From Bacilli bacterium (GTDB lineage Bacteria > Bacillota_I > Bacilli_A > RFN20 > CAG-826), in contig JAKSUL010000002.1 in assembly GCA_024409055.1 (NCBI GenBank), forward strand, positions 20,217 to 84,216: a stretch of 64,000 nucleotides of DNA, written 5' to 3'. Positions within the stretch are counted from its first letter, which is position 1. The number at the start of each line of letters is the position of its first letter. Made by a program: the position numbers and the translations under genes. The notes below the pieces were generated by a model. It was not told where the DNA came from, made no database searches, and saw nothing but the letters and a program-made list of their open reading frames with translations. Positions 39,673 to 48,889 of the stretch are shown piece after piece.

Positions 39673-41266
39673 AAAGAATAAAGGCTTATTAGTCGCCATT
39701 GCTGCCCTCTCCATGGGCACCATCCTCGCTTCTTGTAACGTCGATGCCGGACTCAAGCCGGAAGAAAAGAACGAACAGATCATCAATCTCGAAGGCGTTG
39801 TCAATAACACCCAGGAATACATCTATGATGCCTTGGTCAAAGCTGGCGACTCCAACTCCGAGAAAGTTCTCCAACAGATCTTAGGCAAAATCGCCGAAGA
39901 CCAGTTCGGTGAATTCTACGAGCTCAAAGAAGTCATTGGTGATGACACTGCTCTTGGACAATACGCCCGTAACCACGCCGCTTACGTCAATGCCGCCGAT
40001 CCGGCCGCCAAAGCCAAGATCTTCTACAACTCCTTGTTGACCCAGATCCAGAAAGCTTTCTTCGACGTTGCCAACAACTCCTCTTACATCACAAGATCGA
40101 CGTTTGAGGAAGAAAAGTTCGCCAAAGCCCAGAAGGCCGATCTCTACGACATCAAAATCGATGCCACTTTCAAGAAAGTTAAGAAAGACGGCTCTGACAC
40201 CTACAAAGATGTCGACAAATACTTCCACACCGGTTGGCTCGATGACTACAAAGACTACATCGTCAGAAGCATCTTGCCGAACCAGATGAGAAAGCAACTC
40301 ATCGTCGAATATCTCCACAACAACAACTACGGCACATTAGGCCGCAGCTATGCCCGTAAGGTTCAATACATCTCCCTTCCGCAGAACGGAACTTACAAAG
40401 ATAAGGTCCTCCGTCTTGCCAGGGAATATGCCAAGCAGGTCATGGCCGCCAACGAAGCCACCTATGCCACTCTTCCGGATTCCGTCAAAGATCTCAGCTT
40501 CCTCGATAAGCTCTACAAAGGCTACACCGCCGATTTAGACACCGTGGAAATGACCATTGCCAACAGCATCTATGATGCCGCCGGCTTTGCCTCTAAGACC
40601 TTCGGAACCATCAACTATCGCGTCGAAACCCTTTACGGCGAGAAACTTGATGAGTATCAAAAGATCACCGACGACCGCTTCACCAATGATTCCAGCGCTT
40701 ACAGCACCTTCACCGGTTCCGGCGCCTACACCAAAGAAGTCGGTCTTCAGATCCAGACCAACGAAATCGTTTCCAAGACCGAAGTCAAGGAAGGCTGGTA
40801 CACCTCCAGCGGATTAAGCGACCTCCCGTCCACCGCTAAGACCAACCTCTTCAAGATTGCCGTCGCTAACGAAGTTGACCACCCGGAAAAAGTCAAAGAC
40901 GCCACCTACACTGAATATCTCAACGGTAAATACTACCTCAACAAGAACGTCAGTGACCCGAGCGACCCAGAAGACCTTCCGTACGTCATCAACGACATCG
41001 ATAGCGGAACCACCTACATCGTCCGCATCGAAGAAGCCGTCAACAGCTCCAAGCTTGTCGACGCCGACAGAGACACCTCTTACAACAAGATCCACGATTC
41101 CAACTATCGTGAACAGATCGCGTATGATGTTGCCTACCTCTTGGCCGACAACGAGACCTATAAGAAGTCCGCTAACCAGTACTACATCGAAAAAGCTGCT
41201 CTCAGCTATCACGATGACGCTGTCTATAGCTACTTCAAGACGACCTTCCCGGATCTCTTCGACTAA
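39662..41266 (+). CDS. Large hypothetical lipoprotein
   Basis: SD AGGAGG before ATG at 39662; lipobox LAS-C; start overlaps the end of the upstream gene. Confidence 0.75.
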   Translation: MANKKNKGLLVAIAALSMGTILASCNVDAGLKPEEKNEQIINLEGVVNNTQEYIYDALVKAGDSNSEKVLQQILGKIAEDQFGEFYELKEVIGDDTALGQYARNHAAYVNAADPAAKAKIFYNSLLTQIQKAFFDVANNSSYITRSTFEEEKFAKAQKADLYDIKIDATFKKVKKDGSDTYKDVDKYFHTGWLDDYKDYIVRSILPNQMRKQLIVEYLHNNNYGTLGRSYARKVQYISLPQNGTYKDKVLRLAREYAKQVMAANEATYATLPDSVKDLSFLDKLYKGYTADLDTVEMTIANSIYDAAGFASKTFGTINYRVETLYGEKLDEYQKITDDRFTNDSSAYSTFTGSGAYTKEVGLQIQTNEIVSKTEVKEGWYTSSGLSDLPSTAKTNLFKIAVANEVDHPEKVKDATYTEYLNGKYYLNKNVSDPSDPEDLPYVINDIDSGTTYIVRIEEAVNSSKLVDADRDTSYNKIHDSNYREQIAYDVAYLLADNETYKKSANQYYIEKAALSYHDDAVYSYFKTTFPDLFD

Positions 41267-41342
41267 TCAAATAGTCAAAACCAATCTATAATATTGGGGC
41301 AAGGAAACTTGCCCCTTTATTTATTAACAAGGACACACGCAC

Positions 41343-41759
41343 ATGAAAGACATATTCTGCCGCATCATTGATGGGGAAATCCCATGCACCAAGGTCTACG
41401 AAGACGATGACGTCCTCGCCTTCCTCGACATCTCCCAAACCACCAAAGGACACACTCTCGTCATCCCGAAGAAACACTACGAGAATTTCTTGGCCACACC
41501 AGCTGAAACGATGGAGAAGGTCATGAAAGTGGCTCAGCGAATCGGACAGGCTGAAGTTTCCGTCTTAGGCGCTAAAGGGGTCAACATCTTAACCAACGTT
41601 GGCGAATGCGCCGGGCAAACCGTCATGCACTTCCACGTTCACGTCATCCCAAGATATGTGGGCGGAGAAGGCGGATTCCAGATCACCATGCAAGGGCAAG
41701 ACACATCCACTATGGACTTGCCGCGTCTAGCCATGGACATCGGAAAAGCCATTAAATAA
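41343..41759 (+). CDS. hit: HIT family hydrolase
   Basis: DIFCRII, GHTLVIPK, HFHVH triad. Confidence 0.95.
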   Translation: MKDIFCRIIDGEIPCTKVYEDDDVLAFLDISQTTKGHTLVIPKKHYENFLATPAETMEKVMKVAQRIGQAEVSVLGAKGVNILTNVGECAGQTVMHFHVHVIPRYVGGEGGFQITMQGQDTSTMDLPRLAMDIGKAIK

Positions 41760-41766
41760 AAAAGAA

Positions 41767-41791
41767 ACGCGCATACGCATACGTACACGCG
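41767..41791. repeat. Perfect purine-pyrimidine alternating tract (25 nt)
   Basis: ACGCGCATACGCATACGTACACGCG, next to the hit/yhaM terminator hairpin. Confidence 0.7.
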
Positions 41792-41823
41792 AAAAAAGAC
41801 CAGGCATCGACCTGGTCTTTCTT

Positions 41824-42768
41824 TTATTTGTTTTGGGTATATAGAGGAAGGTAGAAGTATCTTTCGTCCATCGTGTTGAGCCTAGCGGTGAAATCCCCGG
41901 GCTTAACATCTTTATAGGCTTTATCAAGAATCGTCATCTTCGCATCCATATCATCGATCATCGCCAAGACCAAAGCTTCGCGAGTTAACGGAGGAACCGG
42001 GCTTCCGTATTCCGGTTTGGTGTGATGGGCAAGGATCATGTGTTCGAAGACAACAGGGATCTCTCCGCTCATGCCGAGTTCTTTGGCGGCTTCCCTTATT
42101 TCACCCTGCATGATTGAGATGTGGCCAAGGAGTTTTCCTTCAAGCGTGAACTTAGTGGCAACAGGGCCAGATAATTCAATCGTCTTTCCTAAGTCATGTA
42201 TGATCGCGCCGGCAATAAGGACGTCCCTATTGATGGATGGGTATATCTCACAAACCTTCTCAGCCATATCGGCCATGGTTATTGAGTGATGGAGAAGGCC
42301 CAATACGTAATTATGGTGATTCTTAACCGCAGCCGGCCACTCCATGATTTGTTTCCTAAATTTATTCACCAAATGGTTGGCAAGACGAGAAACGTCTTCG
42401 TTTTTGATCGAGGAAAGATAAGCGTCGAGTTTTGCTTCCAAAACCTCTTTGGCAACCGGGGCGCTAGGAACGAATCTAGCCGCATCAACCAGCTCACTAG
42501 AAACGCGTTCGGCAGAGAAAATCTTCATCTGAAGGTTATCTTTATAAGATAAGACTTCGCCTTGAATGAGGACGACGTTGCCGGCGGCAAGCGTCTCGGC
42601 ATCGCTAGGAAGGACTTCCCATTTCTTCGCTTCAATGGTGCCCGTGGCATCTTGAAGGGTGACGTTCATGTATGTCTTGGACTGATTGGTAGTCCCTTTG
42701 CTAGAAGTGTTGACCAAGAACTGTCCGTAGATGGAATCACCATCTTTAAGTTCGCTGATGGTTTTCAT
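41824..42768 (-). CDS. yhaM: 3'-5' exoribonuclease YhaM family (OB fold + HD)
   Basis: N-terminal OB fold, AVKNHH..GLLHH, IIHDLGK, HMILAHH. Confidence 0.9.
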   Translation of the reverse strand: MKTISELKDGDSIYGQFLVNTSSKGTTNQSKTYMNVTLQDATGTIEAKKWEVLPSDAETLAAGNVVLIQGEVLSYKDNLQMKIFSAERVSSELVDAARFVPSAPVAKEVLEAKLDAYLSSIKNEDVSRLANHLVNKFRKQIMEWPAAVKNHHNYVLGLLHHSITMADMAEKVCEIYPSINRDVLIAGAIIHDLGKTIELSGPVATKFTLEGKLLGHISIMQGEIREAAKELGMSGEIPVVFEHMILAHHTKPEYGSPVPPLTREALVLAMIDDMDAKMTILDKAYKDVKPGDFTARLNTMDERYFYLPLYTQNK

Positions 42769-43568
42769 TATTCAAAATCCTCCTCAATTAATTCTCTAAC
42801 GTCTTCATATCGATAGCCTTTTTGGCCTAAATAAGCGTATATGCGACGCGTGAGGTCATATCCCTCGTACTTCTTCGAATATTTGGCTTTGCACGCCTCA
42901 TAGGCCTTTTTAAGCTCTTTTTTCTCGGTGTCCGTATCGGTTGGGGTCAATGTTTCGGCGGCCTCCGCGGATATGTGATGAGAGAAGCCTCTTTCCATGC
43001 ATGCCTTTATGGCTTTTTGGCGTTTGGCATTATTGGCAGTTTTGCCATATTTCCTATCTAGAATCTGGCAGTAGGCCTTCGCTCTTTCGAGTTCTCTTTC
43101 TTCGCTAAACTCCAACTCTTCGATGATGTGTTCAGGGATTCCATGGAATTCTAAGTTGTATATAACCCTTTTCTTGCCATAGTGACGAAGGTCGGCCAAC
43201 TCGTTGGCGTATCCTTTGGCGAATGTAACGTCATCGATGAATTTATATTCTTTGAGTTTGGCAATTATCTTTTTGATCGTTGGTTGATCGGCGCCTTTAT
43301 CGATGAGCTTAAGGCGGATATCGTGCTCACTGTATAAATCTTTAGAAACAAGCTTTAAGGCATAATTCATGAGCTTGTCGATAGAGACGCTGTCGATGAT
43401 TTTGCCCATTTCGTTTGAGGACATCTCTTTGCCGACATATAAAGCGAAATCGGTAAAAGAATTCTCCGACATGGTAACTTTTTTGTGCTCGTCAAAAGAG
43501 ACTACAACCTGTCCCTTCTTATAGGTAATCTTACTGACCCTATCTTCACCAATTTTTCTTTTCGGCAC
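42768..43568 (-). CDS. recX: RecX family regulator (start uncertain)
   Basis: SEHDIRLKL, FIDDVTFA, YGKKRV, ERGFS and QKGY RecX repeats. Confidence 0.8.
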   Translation of the reverse strand: MPKRKIGEDRVSKITYKKGQVVVSFDEHKKVTMSENSFTDFALYVGKEMSSNEMGKIIDSVSIDKLMNYALKLVSKDLYSEHDIRLKLIDKGADQPTIKKIIAKLKEYKFIDDVTFAKGYANELADLRHYGKKRVIYNLEFHGIPEHIIEELEFSEERELERAKAYCQILDRKYGKTANNAKRQKAIKACMERGFSHHISAEAAETLTPTDTDTEKKELKKAYEACKAKYSKKYEGYDLTRRIYAYLGQKGYRYEDVRELIEEDFE

Positions 43569-44721
43569 GTTGATACACCTCGTATGCGTTTTGGTAGAAC
43601 TTCTCCATCGAATAGATGTCGATGGCTTCCACTGCGTTTTTAATGATGGACTGTTTCTTTTCTTCGTCCAGTTCTATTATCCTCTCTAATTTTTGCTTGA
43701 AGTCGCTTTCGTCAAAGAAGAAATATCCGGTCTCCCCGTCGGCAATAGTGCCTTCAAGGTTATCGTCGTATCTAGCAAGGACGACAAGTTCGCTCGCCAT
43801 GGCTTCCATGAAGGTAAGGCCTTGCGTTTCGGTGACGGAAGCCGAAACGAAACAATCTCCGAGATGGTAATAGCGCTGCGTCTCAGAGGGCTTGCATGGG
43901 CCGGAGAATAAAACCTTGTCGGCGATTCCTAAGGACGCCGCCAATTCCTTTAATTCGTCTAAAGCGGGGCCTCCACCAACGACAAGCATCTTTGTCTTAT
44001 GCTTTGGATTTGTCATTAGGTAGTCGTAATACCCTCTAATACAAACATCGATGCTCTTTTCTTTAGCAACACGTCCAAGGGACAAGATGACGTAATCATC
44101 TGGCTCTATGCCGAGTTCTTTTTTCAATATGGCGACATCGTTTGGATCTTTGTGCTTTGGGGAGAACTTCTCGAATTCAATGCCGGTTGGAACGACAGAA
44201 ATGTGACTATCGATACCGATGGAGCGAAGATAGTTTTTGATCTTATCGCTAGGGGCGATGAACTCGTCGGCCGTGAACGCCTTGAAATGGAGGTAATAAC
44301 GGACAACGTTTTTGGCAAAGCGGTCAAACCTTCCCTTTGTGGCGTAATAGGTGTAATCCTCATACATCGTGTGATAGGTGTACACCATCGGGACATTAAG
44401 CCTAGAAGAAAGCAAAAAGCCGAATTGGCCCACGCTTAAATCGGTTTGAAGGTGAAAGACATCGGGTTTGAATTTTTTGATTATCTCAAAAACTTCGCTG
44501 TTAAAGATTTTGGTGAAACGATATCCGTATAAGTTTTTAAGAACAATTCCAGGGATACGAACAATTCCTTCTTCGACCATCAATTTGTCATTGAAGGGGT
44601 TAGTGGCAATAACCAAAACATCATGGCCATGGGTGACCATCGTCTTTTGGAGATTATAAGTCGAAGTCGCGACTCCATTTATCTCCGGCGGGTAGGTATC
44701 CGTGAAAAGGACGACTCTCAT
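43546..44721 (-). CDS. Glycosyltransferase family 4 (diacylglycerol glucosyltransferase-like)
   Basis: FTDTYPPEINGVATS, TYHTMYEDY, SVTETQGLTFMEAMA. Confidence 0.9.
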   Translation of the reverse strand: MRVVLFTDTYPPEINGVATSTYNLQKTMVTHGHDVLVIATNPFNDKLMVEEGIVRIPGIVLKNLYGYRFTKIFNSEVFEIIKKFKPDVFHLQTDLSVGQFGFLLSSRLNVPMVYTYHTMYEDYTYYATKGRFDRFAKNVVRYYLHFKAFTADEFIAPSDKIKNYLRSIGIDSHISVVPTGIEFEKFSPKHKDPNDVAILKKELGIEPDDYVILSLGRVAKEKSIDVCIRGYYDYLMTNPKHKTKMLVVGGGPALDELKELAASLGIADKVLFSGPCKPSETQRYYHLGDCFVSASVTETQGLTFMEAMASELVVLARYDDNLEGTIADGETGYFFFDESDFKQKLERIIELDEEKKQSIIKNAVEAIDIYSMEKFYQNAYEVYQRAEKKNW

Positions 44722-44723
44722 AA

Positions 44724-46100
44724 CTAGCTATCGATGTCGATGGTGTCCCATTCGTCATCGTTTTCCTTTTTGTTTTTCTTTTTCGGGGATTCCGTTTTCT
44801 TTGTCTTGCGGGCGTTCATCTTTTCGTTGAGTTTCCTTTGAATCTCTTTTCGAGAAAGCTGAGATGTCTCGTACAAAGTGTCAGAGCTTAACTTACGTTC
44901 GGTAAAGGTTTCGAACTGAAGATTGACGAATGTTTCTCTGTTGGCGTAAGTGATGTCTTCTTTTGGACGGTGACGGTAGAAGGCACAAACGAGGCCGGAA
45001 ACCAAAAGAACAAGGTGGAACGTCGCGGTTCTCCAAATGATCTGAGCGGCGTAAATCTTATTTCCATCGATAAGGAAGTCGTGGAACATGTAGTAGAAGA
45101 AAAGCTCGGAAACGCCAGCGGATCCAGGAATCGGGATAAGACCGGTGACCATCTGGTGGAAAGAGGTACGGAAGGCGGCGTGGAACATATCGCCAAGGTT
45201 AAAGGCGGCGTTTATGCCGGTATTAGGATCCATGAATCCACCGACTGCGTAGCAAGAGAAATAAGGGATTGAGTAACGGCTAATAAGAACCCCAAAGAAT
45301 AGGATGATAATCAAAATGGTGACTGGGACGTTAGATTGAAGACGGCGAAGTTCGATCTTGAAGTTTTCGACTTGGACACGGAGGTTTTCCCTCGTCTTAT
45401 CGGGATTCTTCAAAATGCGGATCTTCCCGAGGAAGCCAACCACGTGATGAAGGATGAAGTTATGGATCCTATGGGAGAAGCTCATGAGGTAAAGCATCAA
45501 AATGACGGAGATGTTGAGAATGAATCCGATCGTAATAAGAATCCAAGTCGGAATAGAGAAAGAAGCCCCGTTGATGGTGAAGGCGATTGATTCGATACCA
45601 CCGATGACATTCCATTCAACGATGAGGGCCACGATATCAAATAAGCAAAGGCTAGTCTGATACAAAATGAACCACATGACCATGATGGAGGCGGCGTTAG
45701 AAACCTGAATGCCTTGCTTCTTTAAGGTATAGGCTTGCATAACTTGGCCGCCAGTCGAAGCCGGAGTGACGTCGTTATAGAAGGCGCCGATTAAAGAGTT
45801 GGCCAAGCCTTGATGGAACTTGTAGTCCCTGGTGTAGAGTTTGGCGAATACCATGATGATCAAGCCTTCAAAGACATAAGAAAGAGTTTCGATGCCGATG
45901 ATAAGGGCGACGAATTTCCAGTCAGCGGATCCGATAGCGTTCGTGGTGACGGTCCAGTTATCTTTTAAGGAAATGAACAAAGAAAGACCAGTTGCCACCA
46001 AAACGACAACTAAATAAAGAACGTACTTCAAAGCTTCATGACTTTTCTTCTTCGGCTTCTCGGTTTCGGGTTGCTCTATTTGCTCTTTCTTTGGTTCCAT
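44724..46100 (-). CDS. Lysylphosphatidylglycerol synthase TM / flippase-like membrane protein
   Basis: FYNDVTPASTGGQ, IPIPGSAGVSE, IWRTATF; multi-TM profile. Confidence 0.8.
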   Translation of the reverse strand: MEPKKEQIEQPETEKPKKKSHEALKYVLYLVVVLVATGLSLFISLKDNWTVTTNAIGSADWKFVALIIGIETLSYVFEGLIIMVFAKLYTRDYKFHQGLANSLIGAFYNDVTPASTGGQVMQAYTLKKQGIQVSNAASIMVMWFILYQTSLCLFDIVALIVEWNVIGGIESIAFTINGASFSIPTWILITIGFILNISVILMLYLMSFSHRIHNFILHHVVGFLGKIRILKNPDKTRENLRVQVENFKIELRRLQSNVPVTILIIILFFGVLISRYSIPYFSCYAVGGFMDPNTGINAAFNLGDMFHAAFRTSFHQMVTGLIPIPGSAGVSELFFYYMFHDFLIDGNKIYAAQIIWRTATFHLVLLVSGLVCAFYRHRPKEDITYANRETFVNLQFETFTERKLSSDTLYETSQLSRKEIQRKLNEKMNARKTKKTESPKKKNKKENDDEWDTIDIDS

Positions 46101-46145
46101 AAATGCGACAGGGCTATTTTAGCCCATGTCGCACGCAATGGGAAA

Positions 46146-46166
46146 GCGTATATGCGCATATACGCG
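46146..46166. repeat. Perfect 20-bp palindrome made of alternating purine-pyrimidine
   Basis: GCGTATATGCGCATATACGC(G) in the upstream region of the glycolipid operon. Confidence 0.75.
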
Positions 46167-46238
46167 AGAACTTTGACAAAAAGAAACACAAAGCACAAAA
46201 GAAAAACGGCTTATCACTCCTCTTCCATTCTTCGATAT

Positions 46239-46955
46239 TTATTGAATGTCGACGACTGGTTTATCGCCGTATAAAGCGTCTTTGCTTAAAAGATTATCAA
46301 GAACATACATCGCCACGATATCAAAAACTGGGATCCATAAGCATACAAGCCAAATGATAGATACCTTACTTTTGAGTTTCCTGTTTCTGACTATCCTCTG
46401 ATTCAATAGATAGCAAAAGACGCATAAAGAATCATTTAAGATGGTCAAGAAAGTGACGGCATAGAAAAACGCGTTAGACAAAAACGACGTTAGGGAAACA
46501 AGCAAGGACGCGGCGGCCAAAAAACCGAGAACAACGACCCCTGCAAACGGGAAAAACACAGCGCTTATTAAAGCGAAAGCAGAGCCGGCAGTTAGCGAAA
46601 TAGCTGCTTCGACAAAGAAAATAATTTCCAACGGGATAGAGGCAAATTTCATAGCCCTCGAAAACCTGATTGGGTTTTTATCACCGTAACGACCATAGAG
46701 CAAAGACATCATCGTTTTTAAAATAGAGATGCCAAAAATTACAGCGAACAAAATGTAGAAAAGGTTTATCTTTATCCATTCGCCTTTCTTCGCGAGCATA
46801 AGAACGAGCAAAACAAGCAAGAATAGTGAAATGGAATAAAGAAGAATTAACGAAACAATCGACCAGGCTTTATAGAAAGAAAAACTAAAGTGCCTCTTTT
46901 TTGAATTCCACTTATTTATTCTTTTGATTAGTTTCGCTTTTCTCTCGTTTGACAT
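46239..46955 (-). CDS. Hypothetical multi-pass membrane protein
   Basis: AT-rich ORF with about five hydrophobic segments; no family recognised. Confidence 0.65.
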   Translation of the reverse strand: MSNERKAKLIKRINKWNSKKRHFSFSFYKAWSIVSLILLYSISLFLLVLLVLMLAKKGEWIKINLFYILFAVIFGISILKTMMSLLYGRYGDKNPIRFSRAMKFASIPLEIIFFVEAAISLTAGSAFALISAVFFPFAGVVVLGFLAAASLLVSLTSFLSNAFFYAVTFLTILNDSLCVFCYLLNQRIVRNRKLKSKVSIIWLVCLWIPVFDIVAMYVLDNLLSKDALYGDKPVVDIQ

Positions 46956-47148
46956 ATGAAGCTTTTATTACAAGACTAAATAACATATTTATTATGAAAC
47001 GAAACAATTGATACAGGCATCGTTTTTTGTTTAGGGAATGCAAACGAAAACGTCGAACTAGGTGTTAACGTTTCTACTAAAGAAGAAACGGTTTCGTTAA
47101 CAAAATGGCAAACACTCACTATTTCTTGGCGGTTTATCTTATAATTAA

Positions 47149-47476
47149 GGGGCTAGTTTGAAGCAAATCACCCGGGATGTGCGGAACGAAGTTCTCGCCG
47201 ACCGATAGAGACAAATAGGGATCAATCTCAAATTAGCATAGCGCGATGGATGTGTTAGGTCGCGCTAATGCGGACAGTATCGCCCAAGCCAAAAGAGGAT
47301 GCCTTCAGGAACGTTCCGTAAATCCGGGGCCTGAATTAATCGATGGTGACGCTCCGCACAAGATGTAGATCTTGAGCATGTGGCCATCCCAAGGAGGATG
47401 AAACACCAGTAGCCATGGTTCGCCTAAGTGCGAGCAGTTGGCTGCAAAAGGTGTTTTCGTTGTGGGATGGTTTTTC
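47149..47476 (+). ncRNA. Candidate large structured RNA or cis-regulatory leader of unknown family
   Basis: TATAAT at 47140-47145; stems 47178-85/47353-60, 47236-46/47260-71, 47304-09/47330-35; 87-nt rod 47384-47470 followed by a T tract; no convincing ORF. Confidence 0.65.
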
Positions 47477-47523
47477 TTTCCTTTCGTGAACGCCTAATTA
47501 GTTCAAAGGAAGGAGAAATATAC

Positions 47524-48441
47524 ATGCAAAATCTTGAATTAATTAAATTTGTAAATGGTGGCACTGAACTTGAAGTAAATGTCTCACCGGAAGAAAACAC
47601 GGTTTGGCTCTCAAGAGATCAAATGGCGGCACTTTTTAATAGAGACAGAACCGTAATTTCAAGGCACATAAAATCGGTTTTAACCGAAGAAGAACTCGAG
47701 GAAAAAAGCAACGTGCATTTTTTGCACATTCCAAATTCCGACAAATCGGTAGCATTTTTCAGTCTAGACGTAATTCTCTTGGTAGGATACCGCGTCAAAT
47801 CCAAAAACGGCATCCTTTTCAGAAAATGGGCGAGCAATATCCTCAAAGATTACATGATCAAGGGGTATGTGGCTAATGAGAGGCGCCTTTCTGCTCTCAA
47901 TAAAACGATCGAATTGCAATCAAAAATCATCGCCACTGCTTATGAGATTGATTCCAACGACGTCAAGAAGGTCGTCGATTCTTATATCGATGCCCTAACG
48001 CTTTTGGACAGTTACGATCATCAATGTGTTCCAGAACTCAAAAAAGATGAGAACTATGTTCAGCTAACATCAAGCGACATAAGAACCATCATCAAAAACA
48101 TGGAGTACTATGGCAAAAGCGATGTCTTCGGTGTAGAAAAAGAAAAAGGAAAAATCGATGGAATTCTCGGGGCAGTTTATCAAAACGTCTTTGGCCAAGA
48201 GGTTTATCCGTCAATTAAAGAAAAGGCTGCGCATCTACTCTATTTCATGGTTAAGGATCATCCCTTCGCTGACGGATGCAAAAGGATTGCGGCCGCTTCG
48301 TTTTTAACATTCTTGGCAAAAAACAAAGCATTGAATCCAAAACTATCTTCACCTGTTCTAGTTGCCGTTACCTTGCTTACGGCAGAGTCAAACCCAAAGG
48401 ATTTCAAATCAATCATAAAAGTGATTGCAAACATCATTTAA
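47524..48441 (+). CDS. RhuM-like N-terminal domain + Fic/Doc domain protein
   Basis: TVWLSRDQMAALF...SVAFFSLDVILLVGYRVKS...FRKWA; HPFADGCKRIAA Doc-type motif; SD AAGGAG before ATG at 47524. Confidence 0.85.
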   Translation: MQNLELIKFVNGGTELEVNVSPEENTVWLSRDQMAALFNRDRTVISRHIKSVLTEEELEEKSNVHFLHIPNSDKSVAFFSLDVILLVGYRVKSKNGILFRKWASNILKDYMIKGYVANERRLSALNKTIELQSKIIATAYEIDSNDVKKVVDSYIDALTLLDSYDHQCVPELKKDENYVQLTSSDIRTIIKNMEYYGKSDVFGVEKEKGKIDGILGAVYQNVFGQEVYPSIKEKAAHLLYFMVKDHPFADGCKRIAAASFLTFLAKNKALNPKLSSPVLVAVTLLTAESNPKDFKSIIKVIANII

Positions 48442-48489
48442 ATGAGCAAATAAAAATCCCCGGTTACCCGAGGATTCACATGATAATTT

Positions 48490-48519
48490 TGGTGGACCTA
48501 TAGGAACAGTAAACGAACC
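48490..48519 (-). repeat. Degenerate tRNA 3'-end copy (att-like island boundary)
   Basis: Minus strand GGTTCG-TTTACTG-TTCCTATAGGTCCACCA vs tRNA-Leu GGTTCG-A-TTCCTGTTGGGCCCACCA; followed by a hairpin at 48452-48478. Confidence 0.45.
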
Positions 48520-48529
48520 GCTTTCCACA

Positions 48530-48889
48530 TCAATATTTAAATGTCGGGGCGATGTGAAATAAACACGAGTTTGCTTCGAGCGTCTTCTTTTTTTCAAGAA
48601 TCTCCGTGGCTGACCCTCGAAAGAGAATTCCCCCTGATTTCAGAAAGGTTTTGCTCGCAGCAAAATTCATGCCGGTGCTTTTTGATATGACTTTGATCTG
48701 CTCCATCGTGGGATTCTCAAAAGGCTCAATACAAATCGAATACACCGTATCGTCGAGATCGATTTCTTCCCATTTTGTAGTGGCAATTTTGCATCCACAC
48801 TTGGGGCATGAAAGATTCAATGCTGGCTTCTCGTATTCTTGAAGCATTTCGGCACCGCAATCGGGGCAAATGTATTTATTGCTTTCCAT
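48530..48889 (-). CDS. Zn-ribbon + L7/L12-CTD-like small protein (immunity-like)
   Basis: CPDCG...CPKCG, then IKVISKSTGMNFAASKTFL; start MESNKY. Confidence 0.55.
   Translation of the reverse strand: MESNKYICPDCGAEMLQEYEKPALNLSCPKCGCKIATTKWEEIDLDDTVYSICIEPFENPTMEQIKVISKSTGMNFAASKTFLKSGGILFRGSATEILEKKKTLEANSCLFHIAPTFKY

Noticed and set aside
47336-47383. CCGCACAAG and GAGCATGTGG match the universal 16S rRNA segment around position 930-950
   Set aside because: The spacing differs, the flanks do not follow 16S, and CCGCACA is used in a local stem; not called as an rRNA fragment, though a BLAST check is cheap
47149-47476. tmRNA, group II intron (GUGCG at 47179), cobalamin riboswitch or retron msr-msd identity for the structured RNA
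   Set aside because: No tRNA-like ends or tag ORF, no domain V, B12-box elements are out of order, and there is no adjacent reverse transcriptase
48409-48597. 62-aa minus ORF containing GSFTVPIGPP, reminiscent of serine-recombinase C-termini that read through att sites
   Set aside because: No catalytic domain or upstream recombinase; treated only as support for the att relic
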